Notes: a model not told the origin generated them from the letters alone. A stretch of DNA of 62,044 bases, filler included, from Globobulimina sp. (GCA_003354225.1; 25 parts of 25 records of this genome joined end to end with filler, not necessarily neighbours in it), one strand, 5' to 3'; shown: positions 1-11,591, numbered from the whole stretch's first letter. Numbers and translations are program-made.

Positions 1-139
1 GTCAAATCGAAGAATTGAAGTCTTTCCTTTTAGAACCTATCTGATTGACACAACACACACACAATACAACAAAGCAAAAGTCAAGCAAAATGACGAAAGA
101 GTTAGTGTGCTGATGCCTAAATAATTACTAGTCTTCAAA

Positions 140-1085
140 ATGGGCTCTAAACTCTGCAAATGTTGTTGTCGCAAAACGAACAACAGCAATGTTACAATGG
201 AATATGCGATGCTAAATAATTATAAAAACGAAAAAAAGAATGCACCAATGCTATCAACCGGGTTTAGGGCCGAGTATCAAGCTTTCATTGCAGATTTATT
301 CCCCGGTACAGATGAATCACGTATTGTACAATTAACGTATGGATATATCAGAAAACATTATGGGTGTCTAATTCCAGATGATTTATCGCAAATAATTCTG
401 TGTTTTGTTGGAGGAGTTTCTGGTTTTGGACCGCATGCATTGATGACAAGTAAAGAAATTAAAGAAATCAGAGCTGAACGTTTACGTAAATATTTACGTC
501 AATGTACAGGTGAATATATTATGTTATGTTGGACCAATCCGAATATAATTAATATTAACATTGGTCCAACATAACATAACATGCAAATCTCCAAAAGATT
601 GTATCGCTGATCAAGAAACTGCGTTACGTCACTTATGTGGCTTTGTGATATTAGTGTTGTTTGGTGCAGTTGGCACAGATATTGCATGTTTGATAATTAA
701 TAGTTATAATCATTGCAATGATACGATGGATGAAAGCAATAAATATGTAGCATTTGATTTGAATGCATGGATATTGTATGGATCAATAAGTCACATTGCT
801 GCGTCGTGTTTAATTGGTACAGGTTTAGTTGGTATGTGTTTTTGTGACTTGTTTGAAGAAGTCTGTGGGTTGGCTTATGTCACAGTTATTTGTATAGCAT
901 TTCCATGGTTTTTTTTTGTTTCATGGATGGTGATTGGATTTTTATTTTACTCTGAAATGGATAATTCAGATAAACAATGTACAAATGTTGTCTTATCCTG
1001 GTTAGTTATACAAGCCATGGAAATCATTGTGATTCCTTTTTTGGTAATCTCTGGTTACATATTATCTATGTTGTATTGCATGTGA
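140..1085 (+). CDS. Multi-pass membrane protein with MGSxxCxCCC N-terminus; tandem paralog A; predicted intron 510-597 (or frameshifted pseudogene)
   Basis: ORFs 140-574 and 561-1085 each align by eye to parts of ORF 1223-2263; removing GTGAAT...AAAG (510-597) joins them in frame (LRQCT-DCIAD). Confidence 0.7.
519..579. repeat. Perfect 20-bp inverted repeat with 21-nt loop
   Basis: TTATGTTATGTTGGACCAAT (519-538) is the reverse complement of ATTGGTCCAACATAACATAA (560-579). Confidence 0.97.
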
Positions 1086-1222
1086 TGACTAGTTCAATAA
1101 CATGTTTCTAAATAATTGAAGAATAGAATTTGAAACACCTCGCAGAATATAGAAACGCGAATGTGATTCTGTTCTGAAATTTTTACCTTTATTCCAATTA
1201 AAAAACCTGTATAGTCTTCAAA

Positions 1223-2263
1223 ATGGGCTCTAGAATCTGCAAATGTTGTTGTCAGAAAACGGACAACAACAATGTTATAATGGAATATGTCATCCTGAAT
1301 GATTATAATGACCCAATGATACCAACCGGCATCAATCCCAAGTTCAAGGCCGAGTATCAAGCTTTCATTGAAGATTTATTCATTACAGATATTTCTCCAT
1401 TATCTAAACAACAAAGTTTTTATAGAAGATGCTGTGAATGCCTATGTTGTACAGATTTGGTTTCTCCATTATCCAAACAAGCCCGCATTGTACAATTAAC
1501 GCATGGATATATCAGAAAACATTATGGATATCCAATTCCAAAGGATTTACATAGAATAATTTTGGGTTTTGTTGGAGGAGTTTCTGGGTTTTGTTGGACA
1601 GCATTGATGACAAGTAAAGAAATTAGAGCCAAACAACCCAATTTTAGTCAACGAATCAGTGCGTGTTTTAGTAAACAAACAAAACAAATCAGTGCGTGTT
1701 TACGCCACATAACATGCAAATCTCGAGCTCCTTTAGAGTGTTGTGCTGTGGTGGCTATATATGCTGTGGTGGCTATATGTTGTTTAGTGTTGTTTGGTGC
1801 AGTTGGCGCGGATATTGCATGTTTGATAATTAATGGTTATAATCATTGCAATGATACTATGGATGGAACAAACCATAAATATGTAACATTTGATTTGAAT
1901 GCATGGATATTGTATGGATCAATAAGTCATATTGCTGCATCAACATTGTTTATTTGTTTTGGAATAACATGTTTATTTGGTGTACATTCATATCCTTTTC
2001 GTATTCGTAATTGGTTGAGGTGTGTTGAAGACGTTGGTGGTGACTTGCTTTCTGTTACAGTTATTTGCATAGCGTTTCCATGGTGTTTTTTTGTTTCATG
2101 GATGGTGATTGGATTTTTATTTTACTCTGAAATGGATAATTCAGATAAACAATGCACAAATGCGGTCTTATCCTGGTTAATTATACAAGCCCTGGGGGTC
2201 ATTGTCGTTCCCGTAGTGGGTTTTGTCTGGTTTATCTTAATAGTGCTTTGCCTTGATGGTTAA
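1223..2263 (+). CDS. Multi-pass membrane protein, tandem paralog B (intronless)
   Basis: 346-aa ORF; near-identical blocks with paralog A (DLNAWILYGSISHIAAS, FFVSWMVIGFLFYSEMDNSDKQCTN); shared upstream TAGTCTTCAAAATGGGCTCTA; about four hydrophobic segments. Confidence 0.85.
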   Translation: MGSRICKCCCQKTDNNNVIMEYVILNDYNDPMIPTGINPKFKAEYQAFIEDLFITDISPLSKQQSFYRRCCECLCCTDLVSPLSKQARIVQLTHGYIRKHYGYPIPKDLHRIILGFVGGVSGFCWTALMTSKEIRAKQPNFSQRISACFSKQTKQISACLRHITCKSRAPLECCAVVAIYAVVAICCLVLFGAVGADIACLIINGYNHCNDTMDGTNHKYVTFDLNAWILYGSISHIAASTLFICFGITCLFGVHSYPFRIRNWLRCVEDVGGDLLSVTVICIAFPWCFFVSWMVIGFLFYSEMDNSDKQCTNAVLSWLIIQALGVIVVPVVGFVWFILIVLCLDG

Positions 2264-2388
2264 CACGGATTTGAATATTTTTTTTTGTACAAGATACTGT
2301 CAAATATTGAATAATTAAATTAAGCATAAAATCGATGTTTTAATTTGTTCGATCTTACTTTAACGATATATTCCAAAAGATAACCCCC

Positions 2389-2488
2389 NNNNNNNNNNNN
2401 NNNNNNNNNNNNNNNNNNNNNNNNNNNNNNNNTTAATTAATTAANNNNNNNNNNNNNNNNNNNNNNNNNNNNNNNNNNNNNNNNNNNN
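2389..2488. other. Artificial contig spacer (first of 24 identical 100-nt N/TTAATTAATTAA/N linkers)
   Basis: N-run + TTAATTAATTAA (stops in all six frames) + N-run, recurring about every 2,485 nt (next at 4877, 7365, 9852, 12339 ... 59561). Confidence 0.99.
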
Positions 2489-2815
2489 ATGTGTTAAGGG
2501 TTTGAGGTGCATCGGGTGGAGAATTGCGGGGTTCATTACGCGCGGACTATAGAGAAATGGCATGAAAATTGGGTGAGAAACAAGGAGAAGATCATTGCGT
2601 CTAAATATAAGATATGGTGGTATCGGTTATGGGATGTGTTTCTTGCGTGGTCGACGATGATTGCGAGGCAAGGCTCTTCGTCTGTTTTTATGATGACTTG
2701 TCATAAGAATATGTTATGTGATGGACATTCAATGAGTGTGAAAGATAAATCGATGCCGAAATTGAATAGGATTCAAAGGTTTATTGGGGATAAACCAATT
2801 GGATATCAACAGTAA
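2489..2815 (+). CDS. C-terminus of CFA-synthase-family SAM methyltransferase, sphingolipid C9-methyltransferase-like (5' partial)
   Basis: ENCGVHYARTIEKWHENW...WYRLWDVFLAWSTMIARQGS resembles the conserved CMAS-family C-terminal motifs. Confidence 0.75.
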
Positions 2816-3134
2816 CAAAAAGTATTTGATATTAGTATATATTATTAATTATAAATTAACTCGCTTTCAATTCTTTGATAATTGATCATGATCATGATAG
2901 TTTGACATGTTTTTTAATATGTTAAACTTTTGTATCTTAAAGATGGAATTTAATTTTGACGTTTGAAACCAGAGATGAATACCTCCCAAGGTTTTAGATT
3001 ACTATCTCACTTCGCGGAACTCTTAAAAACTTGTCACAAACGACAGGTGATTTTGTACAAAATAAATGTGTTTTTTTACACATACATTTCTTTCTTCTGC
3101 ACAGTTTTGGAGACTCATTCAACATAAATTCCAT

Positions 3135-3635
3135 TTACTTTATGAGTACTGTTTGTCCATTATTTAATTCTTGAAAACATTTGACTAAATCATGCCTATC
3201 ATTTTCATTTTCTATTCCAAATTTTTTGAGAATGAAAGATGATATTTCTGATAATTCAGCACCAGATGTGATATTTATTGAATGCAGTAATTTTTGAAAA
3301 TTATCAGTATATTTTTGAAATTTACCATTTTCAATTTGGCAAAAATAAATCATAATTTCGTTGACTCCCCAGGTTGCATACTTTGAATAATCCACACTGC
3401 AAATATTATAAATGACTTCAACATGTTTTTCTAACGCGTTTGTTTTATTGATTACACTAACAATGGTTTTATATTTTTTCCTTTGTTTCAATATTTCAAT
3501 TGCCTTTAATATATAATGTGCTGCTTTATCCAACTGTATTTCTGCATTTTCTTCATCTAAATGTGATCTTTTTTGTTCAATGTTATTGATATTATCTTCA
3601 TCATACTGATCTTCCTTTGGGCAAAGTCCTCCCAT
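3135..3635 (-). CDS. Small protein with MGGLC acylation-like N-terminus and C-terminal SAM-like domain
   Basis: ATG at 3635; YATWGVNEIMIYF...ENGKFQKY...GAELSEI...LKKFGIENENDR pattern typical of SAM domains. Confidence 0.6.
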   Translation of the reverse strand: MGGLCPKEDQYDEDNINNIEQKRSHLDEENAEIQLDKAAHYILKAIEILKQRKKYKTIVSVINKTNALEKHVEVIYNICSVDYSKYATWGVNEIMIYFCQIENGKFQKYTDNFQKLLHSINITSGAELSEISSFILKKFGIENENDRHDLVKCFQELNNGQTVLIK

Positions 3636-3695
3636 TCCAGTGGGCAAAATTTTCTCTAAACTTTTTCAGTGCCTTTTAGAAGTATATACTGAACA

Positions 3696-4876
3696 ATGAT
3701 GTCGATATTAGTTTCCCTAATTTTTCTATTTGGGGCAAATGGTTGGATGTTACCTAAATGGGATGTAACATATGAAATGAATCGATCAACCATAGTAATG
3801 CCTTGCAACAACAGTGGTTTCATGAATGAAGATGCTGTCAAACAATTAGCAAGATATGGCATTGTTGATTTTGATTGGTCCAATGCTAAAATGTTGTGGG
3901 CTAATAAGTCGCCGATGGACTGTCAAGAACGTTTATTAACTCAAGCACAGACAATCAAAGCTATCAATCCATCCACAAAAGTATTTGTTTATCGGTTAAG
4001 TAACTTACATATAAATGACTTATATGCACAGCATGCATCTATCAAATAATATGTAGCAATTTGGCCAAAGCATTGCCATGGTTTACCGACGTAAGAGAGA
4101 AACTGATGGATCCAGCTTATAACAATTGGTGGTTTCTAAAATTTAAACCAAACGGTCCCTATAATCAACCACCATGTACCAATACATCAGTTGATAAATG
4201 CTCCATCTTTTATCATGATCAATTGCAGACTCCTCAACATCCAGCACAGTGTCAACAGGAATGTGACTGTGGCGGCGGCGCAACAAATGCAGCGGGCCTC
4301 CCCTGTGGTGAATACTTATGGGATCTTAGAAATGCCTCATTACGGCAGTGGCTGACTGATGTTCATATAATGGGTCCATGTGCCAATGGAACGGGTTTAA
4401 ATAACCCGTTCATTGATGGCTTTTATATTGATGATAGTTGGAGCAATACGCAGCAACCAATTTGGGATTGGATGCCTGAGACTGGCTTTTGTGATACGTA
4501 TAATACATTCGGTGGCATTGCTGAAGAAGATTATAAATGTGTTCAAGTATGTTTTTGTTGTTGTTGTTACATTGAATACGCTCTAGGTTGGATTTGTAGG
4601 ATATGGGTTTAACAGCAACTGATGTTGAGGACCTTTATCAAGGTTGGAAAGGAGCAATGCAGTCTGCACAAAATTCCATTGTTGCTGCGAATGGGTTTAA
4701 TTGGCAATTATTTGATGTGCTGATTGGTAGTCCAAATAAAACTGAATGTGCTGATTGGTTGCGAGGGAATGTTGCGCAAAGTTACAATGATCGGGCATTG
4801 ATGTATACTTACACTGACTTTCCGAATTCATCTCAGCAACAATTAAATGTCGATTTGGCAATTTTTTTATTGATTC
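3696..4876 (+). CDS. Secreted putative glycoside hydrolase (GHL15-like); introns 3995-4056 and 4547-4599; 3' partial
   Basis: Signal peptide; GIVDFDWSNAK, VFVYR|NLAKALPWF, YLWDLRN, DGFYIDD motifs; both GT-AG introns join the three ORFs in frame. Confidence 0.7.
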
Positions 4877-4976
4877 NNNNNNNNNNNNNNNNNNNNNNNN
4901 NNNNNNNNNNNNNNNNNNNNTTAATTAATTAANNNNNNNNNNNNNNNNNNNNNNNNNNNNNNNNNNNNNNNNNNNN

Positions 4977-7364
4977 ATTGTACATAAAGTGCCCGCAAAT
5001 CGCGCGCTGTCAAAGCGATTGAAAACACCATCGAACAGATCGAAATCCCATTGCTCATTCATACAGACATGGACATTGATAATTTATTAGCCTTTGAAAG
5101 CTTTGCCACATTGAAAAATATCGACGTTGGCATGACATCAATACAGGCCTGGAATGCGTTGAATACGCCATCGACTTTGAAGCAAAAGTCGACTACGCAT
5201 ACCATGGCAGATGCGTCGTTTCGGGATATTATTTTCAAAAACTTAAAGAAGTTGGAAGATATTGAAAAAGATGCCGTGCGGCAACATGGTTTTGGCGAGA
5301 ATTCGTACGCGACGCACGAATTAAACGTATTCGTGCGGTCTCCGTCCCAGCTCAGACTGCGAATGTGTTTGCCGGGCTTCTCATTCCAGCGAAATCAAAA
5401 GAAAATGCATGATATGATACGGCGGTATGGCGCCATTACCGATGTGGAAAAATCTGTGGACTCGCAAGTGAACCAATTGTTTAAATCAGTGGCAAAAATA
5501 CCGCAGCACACATTATCTGCCATCAATGTATTGATCGATGCGGCGAGTTTTGTGAATGAAATAACCAAACAATTTGATGATAAAACTGAAATCTATAAAT
5601 TCGATAATCATCGCTCATTGTCAGTTGAAGTGAGCGTGAAACCCAACCCTGAAAATGCAGTGAAAGCGGCAAAGATGATTAATAAGAAAGGCAATGATGA
5701 GGAGGAGGAGTATGATGACAATGATAATGAATATGGATCGCCAGTGCATATATACCGCATATTTGAAGTCGAATTGCAAGTATGTCGGCAACCTATCCCT
5801 CCACGAGAAGCAATTGATGAATACTTAACAGGTTTGACACTGTGACATGATGACTTTACTAAAGTCATTAGTCATTTAAGGTTTTGAGTGAAAATCATCT
5901 TTGTATCTACGATGTCGTCTATGCAGAGCGTCGAAGACGAGACTCCTACGATTCCGACGAAGAGAAAGACTCCAACGTAAAATACAACTTATCCGAGATC
6001 GATGGTACTTTATTAGATTGGATCTCTTTGGGCTGGAAAAAGATCAAAACCACCAAATACCACGCAAACAGTTACCGCTATGACGAAGAACACGAGAAAA
6101 TCCGTAAAAACATTTCCATCCAACTCTCGGAGGATTGGTGGAAGGAACAACGCGTCAAATTACTGCCTAAAGTCAACTTAAATGAATGGCCGTTGCGCCA
6201 CGAAACCAGTAAACCCGATGCTGAGATTGCGGCTATTATCGACGACCACAAATCTGTGGACAACATCATCTGTAACGACCTCTTAATCCGCTGTCGAATT
6301 CGCGACTTTCTCAAAGTCTCCATCGCCAAAAATAAAAACGACAACGACATAAAAAACGAAGAAGAAACCTATACAGACAATGACAACATGTTAATGTCGC
6401 ATAAGGATGAAATATTAGTGTCGCAGTCGGCGTATTCCGCGCTAAATTTCATGAAATATGACCTCCGTTTACCGCCCGAAGAGCCAGAGGACCACTTCGG
6501 AGTTCTCGTATTATTCAGCGACCGGTCCCTGCGTTTCTACGATTTGTACGACAATAAGTTGCTTATACTGACTCAAGGCGTGCCCGGCGACCATATAAAT
6601 CTCCCGTCTCTGTGTGCGGGTTTGATACCGTATGAGAAGGTGAAGAAAATAGAGGATCCGGAGGAGCATAGTGATGAGAACAGCGACTCCGATTCGTCCA
6701 ATAACTCTCACTCAGACTCTGATACATTGTCATTGAAACCTGGCGGTTCGCAGCGTAACTTATTCGCGAATGAATCTGAGACGGAATATGAGTTACGACC
6801 CACTATAATCCGCTGCGGCGGCACGTTGTTGCACAAAGCCACTGCGTTTGTGGATATGTTTCATATTCAGTCTATGGCTTGGAAGCGGGTCAAGTTTGAT
6901 ATGCATTGCAAGCGGGTTTATACGCAGTCGTTGATTCTGAATGGCAAACTAATTGTGATTGGCGGTGAAGTATTTGATGACATTGCTATGGCTCTGGAAA
7001 AAAATCTGGATGGCACTGATGATATTGACTCGATTTTGACGCGAAGGATATCTGCGATCAATGAGAATGATGAGAATAATTACAAACGACCGTTTTCAAG
7101 CATTTTGAAAGTGCAACAGAATAAAAGTTGCATTGAAGAGTACGATTTTGAACTGGAACGGTGGGACATTTCGTGTGTTTTGCCGCAGTGCATCTGGAAC
7201 CATTCGGTTTGCTGCATACATAATGTTACTATGTACGGCGCGCAGTCGCAGGAAATATTTATTGGCGGCGGGTATTCTCCGGTGGCGAATACATATTTGT
7301 CAGACTGCATGATTTACGATATGAACAAAGACAGTTTGATTAATATATGCAAAATGAAGGATTT
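4977..7364 (+). CDS. Large protein with C-terminal Kelch-like repeats; one intron near 5780-5926; partial at both ends
   Basis: ORFs 5051-5845 and 5884-7364; Kelch-like LIVIGG..., IFIGGGY...YD motifs; in-frame joins possible via 5780-5880 or 5832-5926. Confidence 0.6.
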
Positions 7365-7483
7365 NNNNNNNNNNNNNNNNNNNNNNNNNNNNNNNNNNNN
7401 NNNNNNNNTTAATTAATTAANNNNNNNNNNNNNNNNNNNNNNNNNNNNNNNNNNNNNNNNNNNNGACTTGTACATAGTTGAAT

Positions 7484-7532
7484 ATATGACTATAATTTGG
7501 TGGAAAAGTTCCTCCATACTTTATAGTCATAT
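7484..7532. repeat. Long stem-loop near contig end
   Basis: ATATGACTATAA (7484-7495) pairs with TTATAGTCATAT (7521-7532); inner TGGTGGAA/TTCCTCCA stem with one mismatch. Confidence 0.85.
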
Positions 7533-7580
7533 TATAGTCATAATATATATGATTCTGCGTCTTATAGGAGTTAACCCTGT

Positions 7581-7675
7581 ATTTATATTACAGAAACACA
7601 GATAAAGAAAGATAGAAATACGAAAGAATTAACCTATTTATATTACAGAAACACAGATAAAGAAAGATAGAAATA
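7581..7675. repeat. 40-bp direct duplication
   Basis: ATTTATATTACAGAAACACAGATAAAGAAAGATAGAAATA at 7581 and 7636. Confidence 0.9.
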
Positions 7676-8388
7676 GTAAAAGTATATTATATAAATAGAT
7701 CACACCCGGAAGAGGAATAATATCATAAACGAATTCCATATCATTCCCTGTTAAAAACCATGATAATAATAATTTACTGATTATTTCTTTGGTAATAATA
7801 TGAATTTCCGGTTGTATGAGATGTTTCATATCGCGATCATATTGATATTCATCTGTTTCATCCGCAATGTATTCATCTGTTTCAGCAATTTGGATATTTT
7901 GTATACTTTCAATATTTTTGTCCATATTTTCTTTGTTATATTGTTCTTCATATTGTGGCAAAATATTAAATACCGATGGTTGTTTCGTAATCACCGAATA
8001 CCATTGTATTGCAATATAATAAAGTCTCCCATGGCACATATCGTTGGGCAATTTTTCCGCTACAAAATATTTTATCACCACCGACCTTGACAAAATCATT
8101 CGGTCCTTTCGTAAATCTTTTATTTAAATTTAATATTTTATATCGACGAGATGGAATTAATGAGCACCATATATCAAAATTGTATGCAACGTTATTCTGG
8201 TTGGTTCTATGGATCCAACTTTGTGAGCCACTCTCGACTTCTGTTATGAAACGACATGGATTATCATGAAAAGGGCATGATGTCTCACTGAGATCCCATT
8301 TAATCTGTGAGGATTTATTAATAAATCGTTGTAAACAATGGATTGTTGATTTCCGTATGTTCTGTGTAACTTTGACGAATGAAGACAT
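7638..8388 (-). CDS. Hypothetical protein in two overlapping frames (frameshift or very short intron)
   Basis: ORFs 7966-8388 and 7638-8099; no recognisable domain. Confidence 0.3.
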
Positions 8389-8940
8389 TGTATAATCCCC
8401 ATGACATAGTCACAGTGGTAAAGAAAGCAATAGAGTACTAGCGGTAGTGAAACGACACTCAGTCAGGATGTAAGTGACTGCAAAGTGAGGTTTTTAGTAA
8501 GTTTAGTAACAATATTAATATTAAAAAATAAAAATTATTTATATTTAATCTTCTGATATTTTTCTATGATATATCTATAGCATCAACCAAATTGAACCAA
8601 ATATTAGATTTTCTCTTATATATCGAGTTATCTGAATTGAATAAAAGTGGAATGAAAAAGTGGAATTTAAAAGTGGAATAATGGTATTATATTATAAAAA
8701 ATAGCATAATTGTTGAATTTACGAACTTTGTGTGAATGTTAGTTGTTAAATATAATGGATGATAACACCTGAGACTCAGCCAGTAGTCACCTGAGACTCA
8801 GCCATTTAAATAGAAGAATTCAAGTTAATTATCATCATTATCAGCGTCATTTTGATTAAAAGTTTTTAATGTTTTTAACATTTATGTCTGGAGCACTCAT
8901 GCCGTCTGGAGCACTCACAACAAAACACGCCAATCTGTAT

Positions 8941-9180
8941 CACGCATTCATAGATCACTCACAACAAAACACAGCCGAACCCATACAACACGCACTCATC
9001 ATAGATCTCTCACATTGTGCCCCGCCAAACCCATACAACACGCACTCATCATACATCCTACGCAAAGCAACAATGACATCCATGATCCTACGCATAGCAA
9101 CAATGACATCCAACGCAAAGCGACATGACATCCATGATCCTACGCATAGCAACATATGACATCCAACGCAAAGCAATGTC
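8941..9180. repeat. Minisatellite block: two ~50-bp units followed by 23-30-bp GCAACAATGACA units
   Basis: CATAGATC(A/T)CTCAC...CCCATACAACACGCACTCAT twice, then repeated GCAACAATGACATCC. Confidence 0.85.
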
Positions 9181-9615
9181 CACTGAATCCGCAAACCATC
9201 TGCCAATGAATGAAAATGAGGCAGAACAAAAGTTATGTTGCGTGTTCTTGTCCTACCCAGATTTATTTATGATGACTGTGCAATGTCATATTACATACAT
9301 GGGAGTATACACTGTGACCCGTATACTCATGTTATAGTAAACTAACCGGTGGCAATTATGTGCGATGACTGCCGCACTGGTTTAGTTTCATAAATGCGTG
9401 AACCCCACACACCACACTGAGGTCCGTCGGGACCGTTTTGTCCTTATTGCGCTTTGCATGTTGCTATAAACCATGAAGAACTGACGCTTTTTTTTTGTTG
9501 TACCACACAGGCATTCATCTTATCATAACAACAGGTAATGTTTTTTTATGTTGTTATATTTCTTTGTCTTGCGAGACATTATAAAATATACAACGAATTC
9601 GTCATGGAATGAGAT

Positions 9616-9851
9616 TGCAACAATGACAACCAACGCATAGCAACAATGACACCCAACGCATAGCAACAATGACAACCAACACGCATTCATCATAGATCAC
9701 TCACATTGTGCCTGGCCGAACCCATACAACATGCACTCATCATAGATCACTCACATTGTGCCCGGCCAAACCCATACAACACGCACTCATCATAGATCAC
9801 TCACATTGTGCCCGGCCAAACCCATACAACACGCACTCATCATAGATCACT
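9616..9851. repeat. Minisatellite block: three 23-bp units then a 50-bp tandem array running off the contig
   Basis: CATAGATCAC recurs at 9691, 9741, 9791, 9841; units near-identical with no unique spacers. Confidence 0.95.
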
Positions 9852-10046
9852 NNNNNNNNNNNNNNNNNNNNNNNNNNNNNNNNNNNNNNNNNNNNTTAAT
9901 TAATTAANNNNNNNNNNNNNNNNNNNNNNNNNNNNNNNNNNNNNNNNNNNNGTGAATATCTGACTTCCAGGTTTTTCAGCAACTAACTCACATCTTTTCT
10001 TCATACTATTTGCCAAATTTTCTAAGATATGAACAGGAATCTTGCC

Positions 10047-10436
10047 TCATTCTTGCTCAATTTTTCTTTGCATTGCTTTGATTGTGCAGAATCCACCATC
10101 AACATAAACTTGTTGAGCCAAATAATTCCATAAATTGAATATGAGAAACATGTTTGCCATCTTTATGCATTTGAATGCATCATATTCTATGTTTTGAATC
10201 ACTCTGTCAAATTCATTTCGAATATCATTTAATAAATTTCTAAACTCTGATAGTAATACACTGAAAGTATGGAAATCAGTCGAAGATGTGTTTTGTTTTA
10301 GTTGATATAATTTAGGTGATATATTCGCTCTGCTGCTTGCAATAAATCTACGCTTAACAAACAAAACAATTCTTGCTGTACTTGTTTTCACAATTTGATT
10401 GCAAGCTTTGTTTAAACGAGAAGCAATCTGATGCAT
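10047..10436 (-). CDS. Hypothetical protein with basic, transit-peptide-like N-terminus (may continue past an intron)
   Basis: 129-aa ATG ORF divergent from the methyltransferase gene. Confidence 0.4.
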   Translation of the reverse strand: MHQIASRLNKACNQIVKTSTARIVLFVKRRFIASSRANISPKLYQLKQNTSSTDFHTFSVLLSEFRNLLNDIRNEFDRVIQNIEYDAFKCIKMANMFLIFNLWNYLAQQVYVDGGFCTIKAMQRKIEQE

Positions 10437-10547
10437 TGTTTGCTTGTTTAGGTGGCTGTGCTTTTTGATTTTGCGATTACGTTGCTAGTGCACGTGTTTT
10501 TTATTTATTTTCCTGTTTTCATTCGTTTTTCAAATTAGCTTAACATA

Positions 10548-11591
10548 ATGGCTTTTCAAATTGGAGCGGGGAATGAAGCCGATCCATCCATATCAAGCAT
10601 TAATAAAATCATGCAAAGAACTTTGCAAACAGAACAACAAGTAATTGGATTACAAAAAGAGATTGAATATTTAGAAGCAGCTGATATTAAAACATTTGTA
10701 AAGTCAAAAATTCTTGAAATACGAAAAGAAATACAACAGTTAGACCACAAAACAAAACTATTAACAAAATCAAATGGGAATTTAAAAAAAGAAATTTTCG
10801 AATTAAATCAATGTCTCTCTATCAACGAAACAAAAGATGACAATAAAAACAATGAAGAACAGACTGCCGATGATCATGGATATTCCGACGCGAAACTAAC
10901 CGGAAAATGTGGCTGCGAGATGTGTGTGGAAGGCATTGCGACCACACACAATGATTCATCACATGATCAATCTTTATTTGCTAAATTTACATTGGATGTC
11001 GACCATGCATTTGAATTAAATTTGGTTGGTGGTTCAACCAAATGTGGTCGTGTGATGGCAAATTATTTTGCATATTTGCAAATCACTAAAAAAACGAATG
11101 TTTTCAAGGATAAAAAGTGTTTAGAAGTTGGCTCAGGCACTGGAATTGTTGGCTGTACGGTTGCTTATTTAGGAGCAAATAAAGTAATTCTGACGGACCA
11201 GCCGGGCGTTGTTGATATTTTAGCAGAAAATGCAAAACAATTAAATAAATATCAAACATGTAATATAGAAATTGGTGAATTACTATGGGGTGAAACTGAT
11301 GCAAATAAATATATAAATTATGAATTAGACATTTTAATTGGTTCTGATTTAATTTATGCGCACGAATTTATTAAACCATTGGTAAACACATTTGAAATAT
11401 TATCAAATCAGAAAAATAAAAAAACAGATAAATATCCAATTGTTTTTATGTCTGTAATTCGGCGGTTTAAATGGGAGGAAAACTTTTTCAATTTAATGAA
11501 AAATAAGTTTGTACAATATAAGGAATTGGAGGTTGGGGATATTTGTATTTATAAATATGTCCGGAAAGAGGATGAACAGCAACAACAATAA
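10548..11591 (+). CDS. METTL21/Methyltransf_16-family protein lysine methyltransferase with N-terminal coiled coil
   Basis: CLEVGSGTGIVG (motif I), VILTDQ, ELLWG, DILIGSDLIY (DxxY). Confidence 0.9.
   Translation: MAFQIGAGNEADPSISSINKIMQRTLQTEQQVIGLQKEIEYLEAADIKTFVKSKILEIRKEIQQLDHKTKLLTKSNGNLKKEIFELNQCLSINETKDDNKNNEEQTADDHGYSDAKLTGKCGCEMCVEGIATTHNDSSHDQSLFAKFTLDVDHAFELNLVGGSTKCGRVMANYFAYLQITKKTNVFKDKKCLEVGSGTGIVGCTVAYLGANKVILTDQPGVVDILAENAKQLNKYQTCNIEIGELLWGETDANKYINYELDILIGSDLIYAHEFIKPLVNTFEILSNQKNKKTDKYPIVFMSVIRRFKWEENFFNLMKNKFVQYKELEVGDICIYKYVRKEDEQQQQ

Noticed and set aside
9677-9851. CRISPR-like periodicity
   Set aside because: Contiguous 50-bp units with no unique spacers and no cas genes; eukaryotic minisatellite.
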